64,000 nucleotides of DNA from Acidobacteriota bacterium (GCA_965209055.1 OZ242374.1:2432001-2496000); one strand, 5' to 3'. Positions 1 through 10,351 are shown, numbered from the stretch's first letter. Notes: generated from the letters alone by a model not told the origin. Numbers and translations: made by a program.

Positions 1-544
1 CCCCGGCCGCGGCGCCGTACAGAACGGCCAGGCTCGCCGCCGCCGACATACGCTTCGCGCCGGGCGCCACGGACCGGGTGAGCGACAACACAATCGGCGT
101 CATCATCACGATGACCGCCAGGTCACTGAACACTGAGGACATCACCGCGGATACGACCAGGATTGCCAGGATCAAGCCGGTGCCGGAACGCGCCACGCCT
201 GGAACGCATAGGGCGGCGAGGGCGATTCTCCGCGCCAGACCGTGCTTTTGAAACGCATGGCCGAAAAGCATGACGCCAATCAGGTAGGGCAGGATGACAT
301 GCCCGTAAGTGGCGGCCACTTCCGATAGGCCCATCTGCGCACCGATCGGCAGGAGCACGAACGGCAGGAAACTGGTGACCCCCCAAGGAACCGGCGTGGT
401 CACCCACCAGGCCACGACCCAGGCGTATCCACCGAGGGCGACGTGCGCCTCCGGCGCCAGACCGGTCAGTGGCGCGGCGAGGACGACGGCGAACGCGGCC
501 GGTCCGGCCAGTACGCGCAGTACGAAGATCCGCCGGCTGGTCAA
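1..544 (-). CDS. SLC13/DASS family (Na+:sulfate/di-tricarboxylate symporter) transporter, N-terminal part, runs off the window edge
   Basis: Not in the ORF track. Translated by hand from TTG at 544: MTSRRIFVLRVLAGPAAF...WVVAWWVTTPVPWGVTSFLPFVLLP...FQKHGLARRIAL...SSVFSDLAVIVMMTPI. The WWxT-xxP-xxxT, HGLxRRIA and S-x-x-A-xxMMxPI patterns are typical of DASS transporters. Confidence 0.8.
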   Translation of the reverse strand, partial: MTSRRIFVLRVLAGPAAFAVVLAAPLTGLAPEAHVALGGYAWVVAWWVTTPVPWGVTSFLPFVLLPIGAQMGLSEVAATYGHVILPYLIGVMLFGHAFQKHGLARRIALAALCVPGVARSGTGLILAILVVSAVMSSVFSDLAVIVMMTPIVLSLTRSVAPGAKRMSAAASLAVLYGAAAG

Positions 545-548
545 GAGT

Positions 549-2309
549 TTAGCGGTTCCCACGGTCCTTCTCCGGGACTGCTACGTGGACGGTGACGATA
601 TCCGTGTCGTGGAACTGCTGGTGGCGAACGGAGGACGCAATGTGCCGCAACAGCCGTAGCGAGATCTCCCGTTCCACCACTGCGTCGTCGGGCGTCTCCG
701 CCAGCAGTCCGATCCGGTTCTGAAGGTTCTCCTCGCCAGGCGCAGCTACGAACTCGAGGACGGCGCCCCCGGCTTCTTTGCGCGCCTGCAGCAACAGGCG
801 CCGCCGCTCACGCTTCTTGTGGTCCTCATCATCCCCGATCAGCGTCAGAATCGTCTCCTCGGTGGCGGCGTCGAGGCGATGCAGCATGTCCGCCCCCCAG
901 CCGTTGCGGGATGCGAACCTGTCGAGAAACTCCCTGAGCTTCGGCAGCACGGAAATATCCAACTCCGCTTCGATTCGGATGCGGCGCGGCGCCGTCGCTT
1001 CCAGAAACAGGGTCATGAGGATCGCCACGATTCCCCCGGCGGTAATGCCGTTCCCCAGCAGGCCCCCTCCCAGCTCTGAAAGAAGCCCTGGGAACAACAG
1101 GTCGTTCTGGCAACCGACTCCAATCCAGAAAGCGACACCGGAGATCATTCCCTTGCGATAGTCGACCCCTCCCTGCACGACTTCCGCCATGCCACGCACG
1201 AAGGTCATGGCCAGCACGACGGTCAGGTAGGCGACGATGACCGAGCTGGGTATCGCCAGAATCATGGCAAGGACCTTGGGCAGGAACGCCATGGCCATGA
1301 GCACGCCACCGGCGGCGATTCCCACGCGGCGTGCCGCGACCCCGGTCAGCTCAATGGTCGGGGCGCTGACCGCGATGGTCTGCGTCGGCACGATCGCCGT
1401 GAGGCCGGACAGCAGTTTGCCGATGCCGTCCGCGGTCACCGCACCTTCCACCGCCCGGTAGTCCACGGCCCGCGGCCGGCGCCAGGAAACGCGCTGGACG
1501 GCAACCGTACCGGTGATCGTCTGGATGGCGCCAATGAGAGACACGAACACGAAGGCAGGAAGCAACTCCACGAATCCCGGACCAAGGTCGATCCCGATAC
1601 CTGGCCAGTCGCCTGGTGGCAGGCCGATCCACGGCGCCCGGGCAACTCGTTCAATGTCGTAGAGGCCCAACATTCCCCCCACCGCCGAACCCGCAACGAC
1701 CCCGATCGCCGGAGCCCACAAACGCAACGACGCTCCCGCCGTCAGGGAGATGCCGCTGATGACCAGAATCGTCGCAAGTGCGGTGAGCAGCGGGGCCAGC
1801 GCCGTGTCGTGCGGCGTGTCGGCCAGGCGACCGAATACGACCGGCAGCACGGTCGCCGGTACCAGCATGTTCACGGTACCGACGATGGTGGGTGTCAGAA
1901 GCCGCCGGAACAGGGCGAGCCGCATCGAAATCACGATGGGAATGAGCGACGAAGCGACGACCAGAGTGGCAAGGAGCGTTGGACCGCCCTCGTCGAGGGC
2001 ACTGACGCAGACCCCGATAAAGGCCCCGGCGGGGCCCATGAAGAGCAGGTATCCCGCTCCGACCCGGCCCAACCGAACCGCTTGCAGCGCCGTACAGATG
2101 CCACTGACGGCGACCGCGCCGAACACGGCCCAGGACAGGTACGCGTCGGTTCCGCCGCCGGCCCGGATGACGATTGTGGGGATAAAGATGATGCTGGTGA
2201 TGCCCAGAACCACCAGCTGCAGGCTGCATCCGAAAGTTAAAGCCGCAGGAGGATTCTCGTTGGGTTCATAACGAACGTTTGGAGCTCGTTGCTTGTGACC
2301 GTCGCGCAC
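549..2309 (-). CDS. NCS2 (xanthine/uracil permease, SLC23) transporter with a C-terminal degenerate HATPase_c/RsbW-like domain
   Basis: N-terminus YEPNENPP..LTFGCSLQ, GICTALQA, ADGIGKLLSG and LPKVLAMILAIPSSV match the NCS2 helix pattern. A ~140-aa soluble tail (LPKLREFLDRFA...LDAATEE...SLRLLRHIASSVRH) follows. Confidence 0.85.
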   Translation of the reverse strand: MRDGHKQRAPNVRYEPNENPPAALTFGCSLQLVVLGITSIIFIPTIVIRAGGGTDAYLSWAVFGAVAVSGICTALQAVRLGRVGAGYLLFMGPAGAFIGVCVSALDEGGPTLLATLVVASSLIPIVISMRLALFRRLLTPTIVGTVNMLVPATVLPVVFGRLADTPHDTALAPLLTALATILVISGISLTAGASLRLWAPAIGVVAGSAVGGMLGLYDIERVARAPWIGLPPGDWPGIGIDLGPGFVELLPAFVFVSLIGAIQTITGTVAVQRVSWRRPRAVDYRAVEGAVTADGIGKLLSGLTAIVPTQTIAVSAPTIELTGVAARRVGIAAGGVLMAMAFLPKVLAMILAIPSSVIVAYLTVVLAMTFVRGMAEVVQGGVDYRKGMISGVAFWIGVGCQNDLLFPGLLSELGGGLLGNGITAGGIVAILMTLFLEATAPRRIRIEAELDISVLPKLREFLDRFASRNGWGADMLHRLDAATEETILTLIGDDEDHKKRERRRLLLQARKEAGGAVLEFVAAPGEENLQNRIGLLAETPDDAVVEREISLRLLRHIASSVRHQQFHDTDIVTVHVAVPEKDRGNR

Positions 2310-3043
2310 GAGGCCCCCTCGATTAGCTCACGTCCAGAGATATCCCGTACCGCCGGTGGAGTGATTCGTGTCCGGTGGAAGACCTGCCTGCTGTTTGCAC
2401 GCGGCCACGGGTGACTTCCTGCTGGCATCCGACATCAGTCGAAGCAGGTGCGCTCGCTCTTTGTCCGCTTGAGTTCGGCATCGTCCGTCATCAACCATCC
2501 TTCAGGGAGTCCCCCGAGGGCCCGACGGACCGATCGGCGCCGCAATGCGCTCAGCCTGGGCGTCCCGTCAACCACTTCCATGGACGGACGTGGGACTCGG
2601 CGAAGGTGCCCGACTGGGCATAGGGGCTGTCGCCGACGAATGCTTGTGCCGGCTCGAGTGAGGGAACCTCGAGCACCAGGACCAAGCCGGTAACGGCCTC
2701 GTCATTCTCGCTGAGAGTCTGCCCACCATGATGAACGGTAATGTCAGGATGATGGGTGGGATCGCGAAGGTAGGCGGCGAATGCGTCCTCCAGACCGAGC
2801 CGTCCCTATCCCATTTCTACTTTGTGAGTCGCGAAAATTACGAAATGCATGTTGTGATCTCCTTTCGCCGGAATATCCGTAGGACTCCACCATCACAAAG
2901 AGGCAACTGACAGGGCCTTTTTTTGGCGAATAGTACACCTGACACCACCAAATCTCCACTTCCGCCAGACAAACTCAGGACAGGCATATGGATCAAACAA
3001 ATTGCCGAGGCTATAATTTCAACCATAAATAATCCCCCCGCTC

Positions 3044-4021
3044 ATGAAACTCGTCAGCTACCTTCATTCGGAAGAGACCCGGCTCGGCGCGCTCAGCAAA
3101 TCGGGCGATCTGATCATTGATCTGAGCCGCGCCCATCGGGAACTGGTGCGGGGCGGACGGGACCCGATTGGGGGGCGGCACATCTCGCGGCCTCTGCCGA
3201 CGCTGATGGTCGAGTTCCTCGAACGTGGTGACGAAGCATTGCAGACGGCGAGGAAAGCGCTCGCCTACGTCGAAGAACAACTGCCGGGCGCGAAGGAAGA
3301 GTATCTCCGGCGGCGCATGCTGCTACCCCTCGCATCCACGCAGCTTCTCGCGCCGGTTCCACGCCCGCCCAAGCTGATTGCGGCTTGGGTCAACTACGAA
3401 GAACACGGCAAGGAGGCCACCGTAAAGGCGCCCCGGAACGTGCCGCTGTTCTTCACCAAGTGGTCGACCGCCGTCATCGGCCCCGGCCAGCCGATTGTCC
3501 TGCCGCAAAACAGTCGAAAGGTGGACTACGAGGCCGAGCTGGCGTTGGTGATCGGCGCCGGAGGGAAAAACATTCCGGCGGAAAATGCCTACGACCACAT
3601 CGCCGGCTACACGATCCTGAACGACGTGAGCGCACGGGATTTTTCGCTGCGCGCTCTGTTTGGGTCGCCGGGGCCGTACGACATCCAGAAATCGTTCGAT
3701 ACGTTCGCGCCGATGGGGCCGTGTCTCGTGACGCGCGATGAAATCCCCGATCCCCACTCGCTCGGCATCCGGCTGCGTATCGGCGACGAGGTTTTGCAGG
3801 ACGACACCACCGGATCGATGATCCACCGCATCCCGGCGATCGTCGCCTGTCTATCCTCCATCGCCACATTGGAACCGGGCGACACCATCGCCACCGGCAC
3901 TCCCGCGGGCGTCGGTTTCACCCGCACGCCGCCTCGCTGGCTGCAGCCGGGTGAAACCGTCCGCATCGAAATTGATGCCATCGGAGTGTTGGAAAACCCC
4001 GTGGTTGCGGAATCCGGGTGA
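3044..4021 (+). CDS. Fumarylacetoacetate hydrolase family protein
   Basis: Motifs VDYEAELA, YTILNDVSARD, KSFDTFAPMGP, LEPGDTIATGTPAGVG, IGVLENPV. Confidence 0.93.
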   Translation: MKLVSYLHSEETRLGALSKSGDLIIDLSRAHRELVRGGRDPIGGRHISRPLPTLMVEFLERGDEALQTARKALAYVEEQLPGAKEEYLRRRMLLPLASTQLLAPVPRPPKLIAAWVNYEEHGKEATVKAPRNVPLFFTKWSTAVIGPGQPIVLPQNSRKVDYEAELALVIGAGGKNIPAENAYDHIAGYTILNDVSARDFSLRALFGSPGPYDIQKSFDTFAPMGPCLVTRDEIPDPHSLGIRLRIGDEVLQDDTTGSMIHRIPAIVACLSSIATLEPGDTIATGTPAGVGFTRTPPRWLQPGETVRIEIDAIGVLENPVVAESG

Positions 4022-4023
4022 GA

Positions 4024-5013
4024 TCAGAGGGAAAGGCTCTCCACCTCTCGAATTAGCTTCGAATCGACGTTGGCGCCGGTGGCAATGAGGCAGACGCTTT
4101 CCCAGGACCAGGGTTCGTCCTCCTTCGACTGCTGACGGAGCTTCAGGGCTGCGGCCAGAGCGCCGGCGCCGGCGCCCTCGGGCAAGGTGCCGGTGACCCG
4201 TTGAAAGAGGAGCATGGCTCGCTTCAATTCGATTTCCGAGACCAGGACCATCCGGTCCACCACCTCCAGCATCAGCTCCACGGCCTCGGGGATGGCGACC
4301 CGCACCGCCATGCCGCCGGCGAAGGTCTCGGCCGTGGCAGTGTCCGTCGGCCTGCCGTTGGCGAATGACAAAGCCATGCAGGGCGCCTCTTCCGACTGGA
4401 TTCCGATGATCTGAACCGCCGGGTTCGCCGCCTTCAGGCTGCTGGCGAGCCCTCCGATCAGGGCGCCGTTTCCAACCGGCACGAAGACCGCCTCCAAATC
4501 GGGTTGCTGGGCAGCCAGCTCCAGCCCGATGGTCGAAGTCCCTTCGACGATCCGGGCCGACTTCCCGTCCTCGATGAAGAGATGGCCCGGTTCGAAACCG
4601 CGCGCCAGCAACATCTCCTTGCCCTCGTCCAGATCGCGTCCCAGCAGCTCCAGGTCGGCTCCGAACTCCCGGATCAGCGCCAACTTGCTCTCATCCGCCC
4701 CCACCGGCGCCACCACCGTCAACGCCATCCCGTACTGCCGGCAGGCGTAGGCCATGGCCGCGCCGTGGTTCCCGGTCGAAACCGTATAGAGGCGGGTGAT
4801 GCCGGGATCGGCCACCAGGTCGGCCACCAGGTTCACGGCTCCGCGGATCTTGAAGGATCGGACCGGACTCTCGTACTCATGCTTGACGTAGACTTCGGTC
4901 CCCAGGAGGCGAGACAGTTGATCCTCCCGGGTCAACGGAGTCGGCGGCACCCACCGGCGGACCTCCTCCAATGCGGCCAACGAACGCTCAGGGGACGGTC
5001 GAAGCGTAGCCAT
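4024..5013 (-). CDS. PLP-dependent threonine/serine dehydratase family protein (fold type II, no regulatory domain)
   Basis: SFKIRGA (PLP lysine), STGNHG, VPVGNGALIGG, EGAGAGALAA, TGANVD. Confidence 0.9.
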   Translation of the reverse strand: MATLRPSPERSLAALEEVRRWVPPTPLTREDQLSRLLGTEVYVKHEYESPVRSFKIRGAVNLVADLVADPGITRLYTVSTGNHGAAMAYACRQYGMALTVVAPVGADESKLALIREFGADLELLGRDLDEGKEMLLARGFEPGHLFIEDGKSARIVEGTSTIGLELAAQQPDLEAVFVPVGNGALIGGLASSLKAANPAVQIIGIQSEEAPCMALSFANGRPTDTATAETFAGGMAVRVAIPEAVELMLEVVDRMVLVSEIELKRAMLLFQRVTGTLPEGAGAGALAAALKLRQQSKEDEPWSWESVCLIATGANVDSKLIREVESLSL

Positions 5014-5218
5014 CTCAATTCCACTCCTGCATTGGTCGTCTCCAAACCATAATTCTCTCCGGTCGCGCCAAGATCGAGGCCATCATGATGCGCGATTTTG
5101 GAGAAAACCACACGCGGCACGGTCGGTATTGGACCTGGAATTGGACAACCTTCGAAGCCGGTAGTCAAAATGGTAGTGAGGCATCGATACAGTGTTCCAG
5201 CAATGAAGGAGTCGGACG

Positions 5219-5872
5219 ATGAAACATCTATTCGGGATCGGAGTGATCGGGATTCTTGTGTCGGCGCTCCTGTTCGGTCCTGCCGCCTGGGCGCAACTGG
5301 CCGGAGACGACTCGGTCGACGGCGGCGCGGACTCGGCGACGGCGACGCTGGCGGGAGGATGCTTCTGGTGCGTCGAGGCGGACCTTGAAAAGGTCGACGG
5401 TGTCCAAGAGGTGATCTCCGGCTACGCCGGTGGAACCGAGGTGAACCCGACCTACAAGCAGGTCTCTGCCGGAAGGACCAGCCACGTCGAGGCGGTGCAG
5501 GCGATCTACGATCCGTCCCGGGTGACGTTCAGCCAGTTGCTGGAAGTGTTCTGGAAGCACGTCGATCCGACAGACGCGGGCGGCCAGTTCGTGGATCGTG
5601 GACCCCACTACCGGACGGTCATCTTCTACGAGAACCAGATGCAACGGAAGCTGGCCGAGGAATCGAAGAAGCGCCTGGCGAAATCCGGCGTGTTCGATCG
5701 GCCCATCGTGACCGAGATCCGGGAGCTCAACCGGTTCTACAAGGCCGAGGACTACCACCAGGACTACTACAAGAGAAACGCCTTTCGTTACCGCTACTAC
5801 CGTTGGAACTCGGGGCGGGATCAGTTCCTGGAAAAGGTCTGGAAGGGACGACAGGTAAAACTGGCGGACTAA
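5219..5872 (+). CDS. msrA: Peptide-methionine (S)-S-oxide reductase MsrA with a signal peptide
   Basis: AGGCFWCVE, GYAGG, NPTY, DPTDAGGQFVDRG, AEDYHQDYY. The hydrophobic N-terminus ends in AWA. Confidence 0.95.
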   Translation: MKHLFGIGVIGILVSALLFGPAAWAQLAGDDSVDGGADSATATLAGGCFWCVEADLEKVDGVQEVISGYAGGTEVNPTYKQVSAGRTSHVEAVQAIYDPSRVTFSQLLEVFWKHVDPTDAGGQFVDRGPHYRTVIFYENQMQRKLAEESKKRLAKSGVFDRPIVTEIRELNRFYKAEDYHQDYYKRNAFRYRYYRWNSGRDQFLEKVWKGRQVKLAD

Positions 5873-5899
5873 CGCAGCCTGTTTCACCGCTCCGTCGAG

Positions 5900-7081
5900 A
5901 TGCGGTTCATCGGCGACATTCCGGTGTGGGGCGATCCCCAGGAGAATGCGGTTCTTCAGATGCAGAACTGCGCCGGGGAGGCGGAGAACTGCGCCCTGAT
6001 GGCGGACCATCATCTGGGTTATGCCGTCCCCATCGGCGGAGTCATCGCCTACGAGGGCCGCGTGAGCCCTTCGGGCGTCGGTTTCGACATCGCCTGCGGC
6101 AACAAGGCGGTCCGGCTCGACTGCGGCTACGGGGACATCCGGAAGCACATCCCGTCCGTCATGGATGAGATCTGGAAGTCCCTCTCCTTCGGTGTGGGCC
6201 GGGTCAACCGGGAGCCGGTCGACCACGACCTCTTCGACGACGATCCGGCCTGGAAAATACCGGCGGCCCAGCGGCTGAAACCGGTGGCCCGAAAGCAGTT
6301 GGGCACCATCGGGGGCGGCAACCACTACGTCGACCTCTTCTCCGACGAGCGAGAGCGGATCTGGGCCGGCGTGCACTTCGGTTCGCGCGGTCTGGGCCAC
6401 AAGCTGGCCACTCACTTCATCAAAGCCGGAGGCGGCAAGAACGGGATGCACGTGGACCCGGTGCTGCTGGACGTGGAGACCGAACTGGGAGCCGAATACG
6501 TGGCGTGCATGAAGCTGGCCGGCCGCTATGCTTACGCGGGCCGGGACTGGGTCTGCGAGAAGGTCGCTTCCATTCTGGGAGCGGAGATCCTGGAAGAAGT
6601 CCACAATCACCATAACTTCGCCTGGGAAGAAGAGCACGGGGGACGGCGGCTGTGGGTGGTTCGAAAAGGAGCCACTCCCGCCTTTCCCGGACAAAAAGGG
6701 TTCGTCGGGGGTTCCATGGGGGACCGGTCCGTGATCCTGGAAGGAGTCGACGCAAAAGAGAGCGAGCAGGCCCTCTACTCAACCGTCCATGGCGCCGGTC
6801 GGGTCATGTCCCGGACCCGGGCCGCCGGCAAGACCCGATTCAGGAAGGGAAAGCGGATCCGCATCTCGGCGGGAGAAATCAGCCGTGACATGATGCTGGC
6901 CTGGGTCCGCGGCATGGGAGTCGAGCTCCGCGGGGCCGGCACCGACGAATCGCCCCACTGCTACAAACGCCTGCCCGAGGTCCTCGAAGCCCACCACGGC
7001 ACTATCCGGATCCTGCACACCCTCGACCCCATCGGCGTGGCCATGGCCGCCGCGGGCGAGTTCGACCCCTACCGGGATTGA
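5900..7081 (+). CDS. rtcB: RtcB family RNA 3'-phosphate/5'-OH ligase
   Basis: MADHHLGYAVPIGG, GFDIACG, GTIGGGNHY, HFGSRG, HHNF, RKGATP, GSMG, HGAGR, DESPHCYK. Confidence 0.95.
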   Translation: MRFIGDIPVWGDPQENAVLQMQNCAGEAENCALMADHHLGYAVPIGGVIAYEGRVSPSGVGFDIACGNKAVRLDCGYGDIRKHIPSVMDEIWKSLSFGVGRVNREPVDHDLFDDDPAWKIPAAQRLKPVARKQLGTIGGGNHYVDLFSDERERIWAGVHFGSRGLGHKLATHFIKAGGGKNGMHVDPVLLDVETELGAEYVACMKLAGRYAYAGRDWVCEKVASILGAEILEEVHNHHNFAWEEEHGGRRLWVVRKGATPAFPGQKGFVGGSMGDRSVILEGVDAKESEQALYSTVHGAGRVMSRTRAAGKTRFRKGKRIRISAGEISRDMMLAWVRGMGVELRGAGTDESPHCYKRLPEVLEAHHGTIRILHTLDPIGVAMAAAGEFDPYRD

Positions 7082-7197
7082 AGCGACGCCGTCAACCGGG
7101 ACGCCGTCTGCCGGGCGTTCCGGTGGGACTCTCTCCCTTGTATTCTTGCAGCCGGGGCGGTAGTAAACTGGGCCGAGGCCCGGGAAGGGGATGTGCG

Positions 7198-8400
7198 ATG
7201 AGGCGACTGCTGCTGTGTGTTGCGAGTCTGGCATGGTTGCTGGAACCGATCCACGCGGCCGGCTGGGAGCGTGTCCAGGTCAAGATCGGCGAGACGGTCA
7301 ATATCGTTCCCCAAGGCACGCGGCTGGTCCGGGGAATGCTGGGAATCATACGGCATCCCGACGGGTCCATCTTCGTGAACACCCAGACCGGGGGTCTGGC
7401 CCGAAGCCGGGACCAGGGGAAGACCTGGAGCCTGCTCCCGACAGAGAGAGCCTTTGCCCTGGGTGTCTCCCGCGACGGACGGCTCTGGTTGGCGGACCAC
7501 GTCAAAAACGCTTCCCAGTTGGTGGTGCGCCACTCCTCCGACTCGGGCGAGACCTGGACCAAGACAGTGCTCGACGTCTCCGATCTCTCCCCGGAATCGA
7601 GCCGGCAGCCTTACAACTGGACCGGCGACGACTACAACACATTCATCGAGCGGCCCGACGGGACCCTCATGTTCTCGGCCGGTCTGCGGCGGATCCCCTG
7701 GTATTACGAGGATCCGTCCCTGATGGAGGATGGACTGGTCTCGCCCGATGCCGACGTGGGCGGCCTTTTCCTGTTCCGGAGCCGCGATGGCGGCAAAAGT
7801 TGGGGAGAACCGAGCCTGGTGCATGGGTTTGCCTCCGAAGTGGGCTATGCCGTCGATCCCGCGGACTCGGACCGCATCCTGGCCATGACCCGGATCCAGA
7901 GGCCTCTACTGGCGGGCGAGGACAGGTCGGAGACGCTGAAGAAGACGGGCGCCCCGGCCAGCACCAAGTCCAGCTATCCCTCCATCTACAAGAACGGCCT
8001 GCTGCTGGAATCGCGCGACGGCGGCCGCACATTCGCCGAGGTTCCGGGAGGGCTCACCGGATTCTACGAGATTCGCGGGACCATCCTCTGGACGGCGGAC
8101 AACCGGGTGGTGGTGACCCATCAGGGGGCGCACCCGGGTGGAGCCCCGGACGGAACCCTCCTGGCCAGAATCAGTCTCGACGGCGGTCGGCGCTGGCTCG
8201 ACGGCACGGCAACCGGGACGACGGCCATGAACCAATCCCGAAAATTCGTGCTGGTCCCCATGCCCCCCGGGCATTCCTTCACGGCACCCAGCGTGCAGAT
8301 CTCCGAAAATCGCTTTCTGAGCGTCTATTTTCACGGAAACCTGAGCCGGAACATCGCCATGGTCAGTGGTGTTTTCTGGCGTTTGGAGCACCTTCCGTGA
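7198..8400 (+). CDS. Secreted BNR/Asp-box (sialidase-like) beta-propeller protein
   Basis: Asp-boxes SRDQGKTW, SSDSGETW, SRDGGKSW, SRDGGRTF, SLDGGRRW. Start moved to ATG 7198, which gives the signal peptide MRRLLLCVASLAWLLEPIHA. Confidence 0.8.
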   Translation: MRRLLLCVASLAWLLEPIHAAGWERVQVKIGETVNIVPQGTRLVRGMLGIIRHPDGSIFVNTQTGGLARSRDQGKTWSLLPTERAFALGVSRDGRLWLADHVKNASQLVVRHSSDSGETWTKTVLDVSDLSPESSRQPYNWTGDDYNTFIERPDGTLMFSAGLRRIPWYYEDPSLMEDGLVSPDADVGGLFLFRSRDGGKSWGEPSLVHGFASEVGYAVDPADSDRILAMTRIQRPLLAGEDRSETLKKTGAPASTKSSYPSIYKNGLLLESRDGGRTFAEVPGGLTGFYEIRGTILWTADNRVVVTHQGAHPGGAPDGTLLARISLDGGRRWLDGTATGTTAMNQSRKFVLVPMPPGHSFTAPSVQISENRFLSVYFHGNLSRNIAMVSGVFWRLEHLP

Positions 8401-8439
8401 AAACGTTCGGAGACGCGGCTCGGGCGACATAGGGGAGGC

Positions 8440-10326
8440 ATGGAGCAAGTCGCGATCGCGGTTGTGGGCTGTGGGAATTTCGGCTCGCACATGGCCCGCC
8501 TGATCCAGGTGCTGGAGCCCTACCGGATCGCCGGATGCCATGATTCCGACCGGGCCGGCGCCGACGCGCTGGCCGCCAGCCTGCAGACATACGCCTACGA
8601 CTCGTTCTCCGAATGTCTCCGCGATCCCAATGTCGACGCCGTCTTCCTGGCGACGCCCAACCACCTGCACTGTCCCCAGGCCGTGGCTGCCGCCCGGGCG
8701 GGCAAGCACATCTTCTGCGAGAAGCCCATGGCGCTCGACGTCGAGGAGTGCCACCGGATGATGGAGGCGGCGACGGCGGCCGGGGTGAAACTCATGGTCG
8801 GCCACAAGCGCCGGCTGCGGCCCCAGTACGCCAAGATGTCCCAGGTGGTTCGGAGCGGCCGTCTGGGGCGCGTCATGGCGGTCAACATCAACGGCTTCTA
8901 CCACCGGGACTGGTGGAGCTGGTGGCTGCGGCGAGACCGGGGCGGAGGGTTGCTCCACGCCTCCGGCGTTCACGACATCGATTTTCTGCGGCACATCTGC
9001 GGCGAGGCGGCGAACGTGTTCGCCAGGAGTCCCGTGAAGACGGATCATCGAAGCGATTTCGAAGACCAGATCTCGATGCTGATCCACTTCGAGTCGGGCG
9101 CGGTGGCCACGCTTCAGGTCAGCCCCTTCTCTCCGATTCGGACCTTTCGCCAGGCCTTCGGCGTGCACATCGTGCTGGAGCAGGGAGGGATCCTCTACGA
9201 TCCCGGCGATTGCAGCGTCACCATTCGGAGCCGCGACGGATGGGAGGAGCGGCACGGGTTCGACAACGAGGCCGGCTTCCGGAGCGCCTATCTCGAAGAG
9301 TTGACCAGCTTCGCCGATTGGATTCTGAAGGACCGGGAGCCGGTGCTCACCGGTTGGGACGGGCTTCGCTGCGTGGAGATCATGGAAGCCGCCTATCTCT
9401 CGGCTCGGACCGGACGGCAGGTCGAGTTGCCGCTGCCGCGGCAAAACGCTCCCGCAGTCATTCGGGGCTCCCTCTCCCGAACGCGGGATCTGGAGGAGCC
9501 GGTCCTGGTCGCCCGAGGACTCTCCATGCCCGAGGGCCCCGCCTTCGACGCCGGCGGAAACCTCTTCGTGGCCAACTGCCGCGCCGACCACGTGTCCAAA
9601 ATCTCACCCGACGGCCGGGTGTCCCGCTTCCTGACCACGGGCGGCAAGCCCCAGGGCGTGGTGGTGAATCCGGACGGGAGCCTCCTGGTATCGGACCACA
9701 AGTTGCGCAAGATCCTCCGGGCCGGACCGGATGGTTCGCTGGAGGACTTCTGCACCCACTATGGCGACGGCCGGCGCCTGCGTGGACCCAACGAGATCCT
9801 TCACGGTCCCGAGGGTCAGGTCTATTTCACCGATCCGGGAACGGCTTGGCGGGGCCGGCCCACCGGAGCCGTCTCCCGGGTGACGGAGCAGGGAACCGCC
9901 GAGGTCCTGGCGGACGGCCTGGAGTTCACCAACGGTTTGGATTTTCCTCCCGGCGGGAAGGCGATCCATGTCGTGGAGACCACCAGCGGCAAGGTCCTGC
10001 GCGCGGCTCTGAACGAAACGGGAGATTTGGCCGGACCGTTGGAGGAATTCGTGCGTTTCCCGGGGAGGGTCGGTCCCGACGGGATCCGATTCGCCGCCGA
10101 TGGCGATCTCTACGTCACTCTTTTCGGCCGCGGCCAGATCGCCGTGGTCTCCCCGGACGCCGAGGTGATGGATCGAATCCGGCTTCCCGGCCTGTACCCC
10201 ACCAACGCGGTCTTCCGGGACGGTAATCTGTTGGTGTGCGAAGGAGCCACGGGAGCCATTTGGAGGCTGAGTCTGGGTGTGGAGGGGTTGCCGAGCTACT
10301 CGGAGAGGATCTGGAACGGATCGTGA
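8440..10326 (+). CDS. Gfo/Idh/MocA NAD(P)-dependent oxidoreductase fused to an SMP-30/gluconolactonase domain
   Basis: N-half has VVGCGNFG, ATPNHLH, GKHIFCEKP, GVHDID. C-half has PEGPAFD, GPNE, FTNGL, PDGI, PTN. Single open frame with a GGAGG RBS. Confidence 0.88.
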   Translation: MEQVAIAVVGCGNFGSHMARLIQVLEPYRIAGCHDSDRAGADALAASLQTYAYDSFSECLRDPNVDAVFLATPNHLHCPQAVAAARAGKHIFCEKPMALDVEECHRMMEAATAAGVKLMVGHKRRLRPQYAKMSQVVRSGRLGRVMAVNINGFYHRDWWSWWLRRDRGGGLLHASGVHDIDFLRHICGEAANVFARSPVKTDHRSDFEDQISMLIHFESGAVATLQVSPFSPIRTFRQAFGVHIVLEQGGILYDPGDCSVTIRSRDGWEERHGFDNEAGFRSAYLEELTSFADWILKDREPVLTGWDGLRCVEIMEAAYLSARTGRQVELPLPRQNAPAVIRGSLSRTRDLEEPVLVARGLSMPEGPAFDAGGNLFVANCRADHVSKISPDGRVSRFLTTGGKPQGVVVNPDGSLLVSDHKLRKILRAGPDGSLEDFCTHYGDGRRLRGPNEILHGPEGQVYFTDPGTAWRGRPTGAVSRVTEQGTAEVLADGLEFTNGLDFPPGGKAIHVVETTSGKVLRAALNETGDLAGPLEEFVRFPGRVGPDGIRFAADGDLYVTLFGRGQIAVVSPDAEVMDRIRLPGLYPTNAVFRDGNLLVCEGATGAIWRLSLGVEGLPSYSERIWNGS

Positions 10327-10351
10327 AACTACACTGAAGAGGAGAGAAAAC

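Noticed and set aside
2310-3043. Purine riboswitch or small genes upstream of the NCS2 permease
   Set aside because: No purine-riboswitch consensus recognised, and the short ORFs lack motifs. An Rfam scan would be needed to exclude other RNAs.
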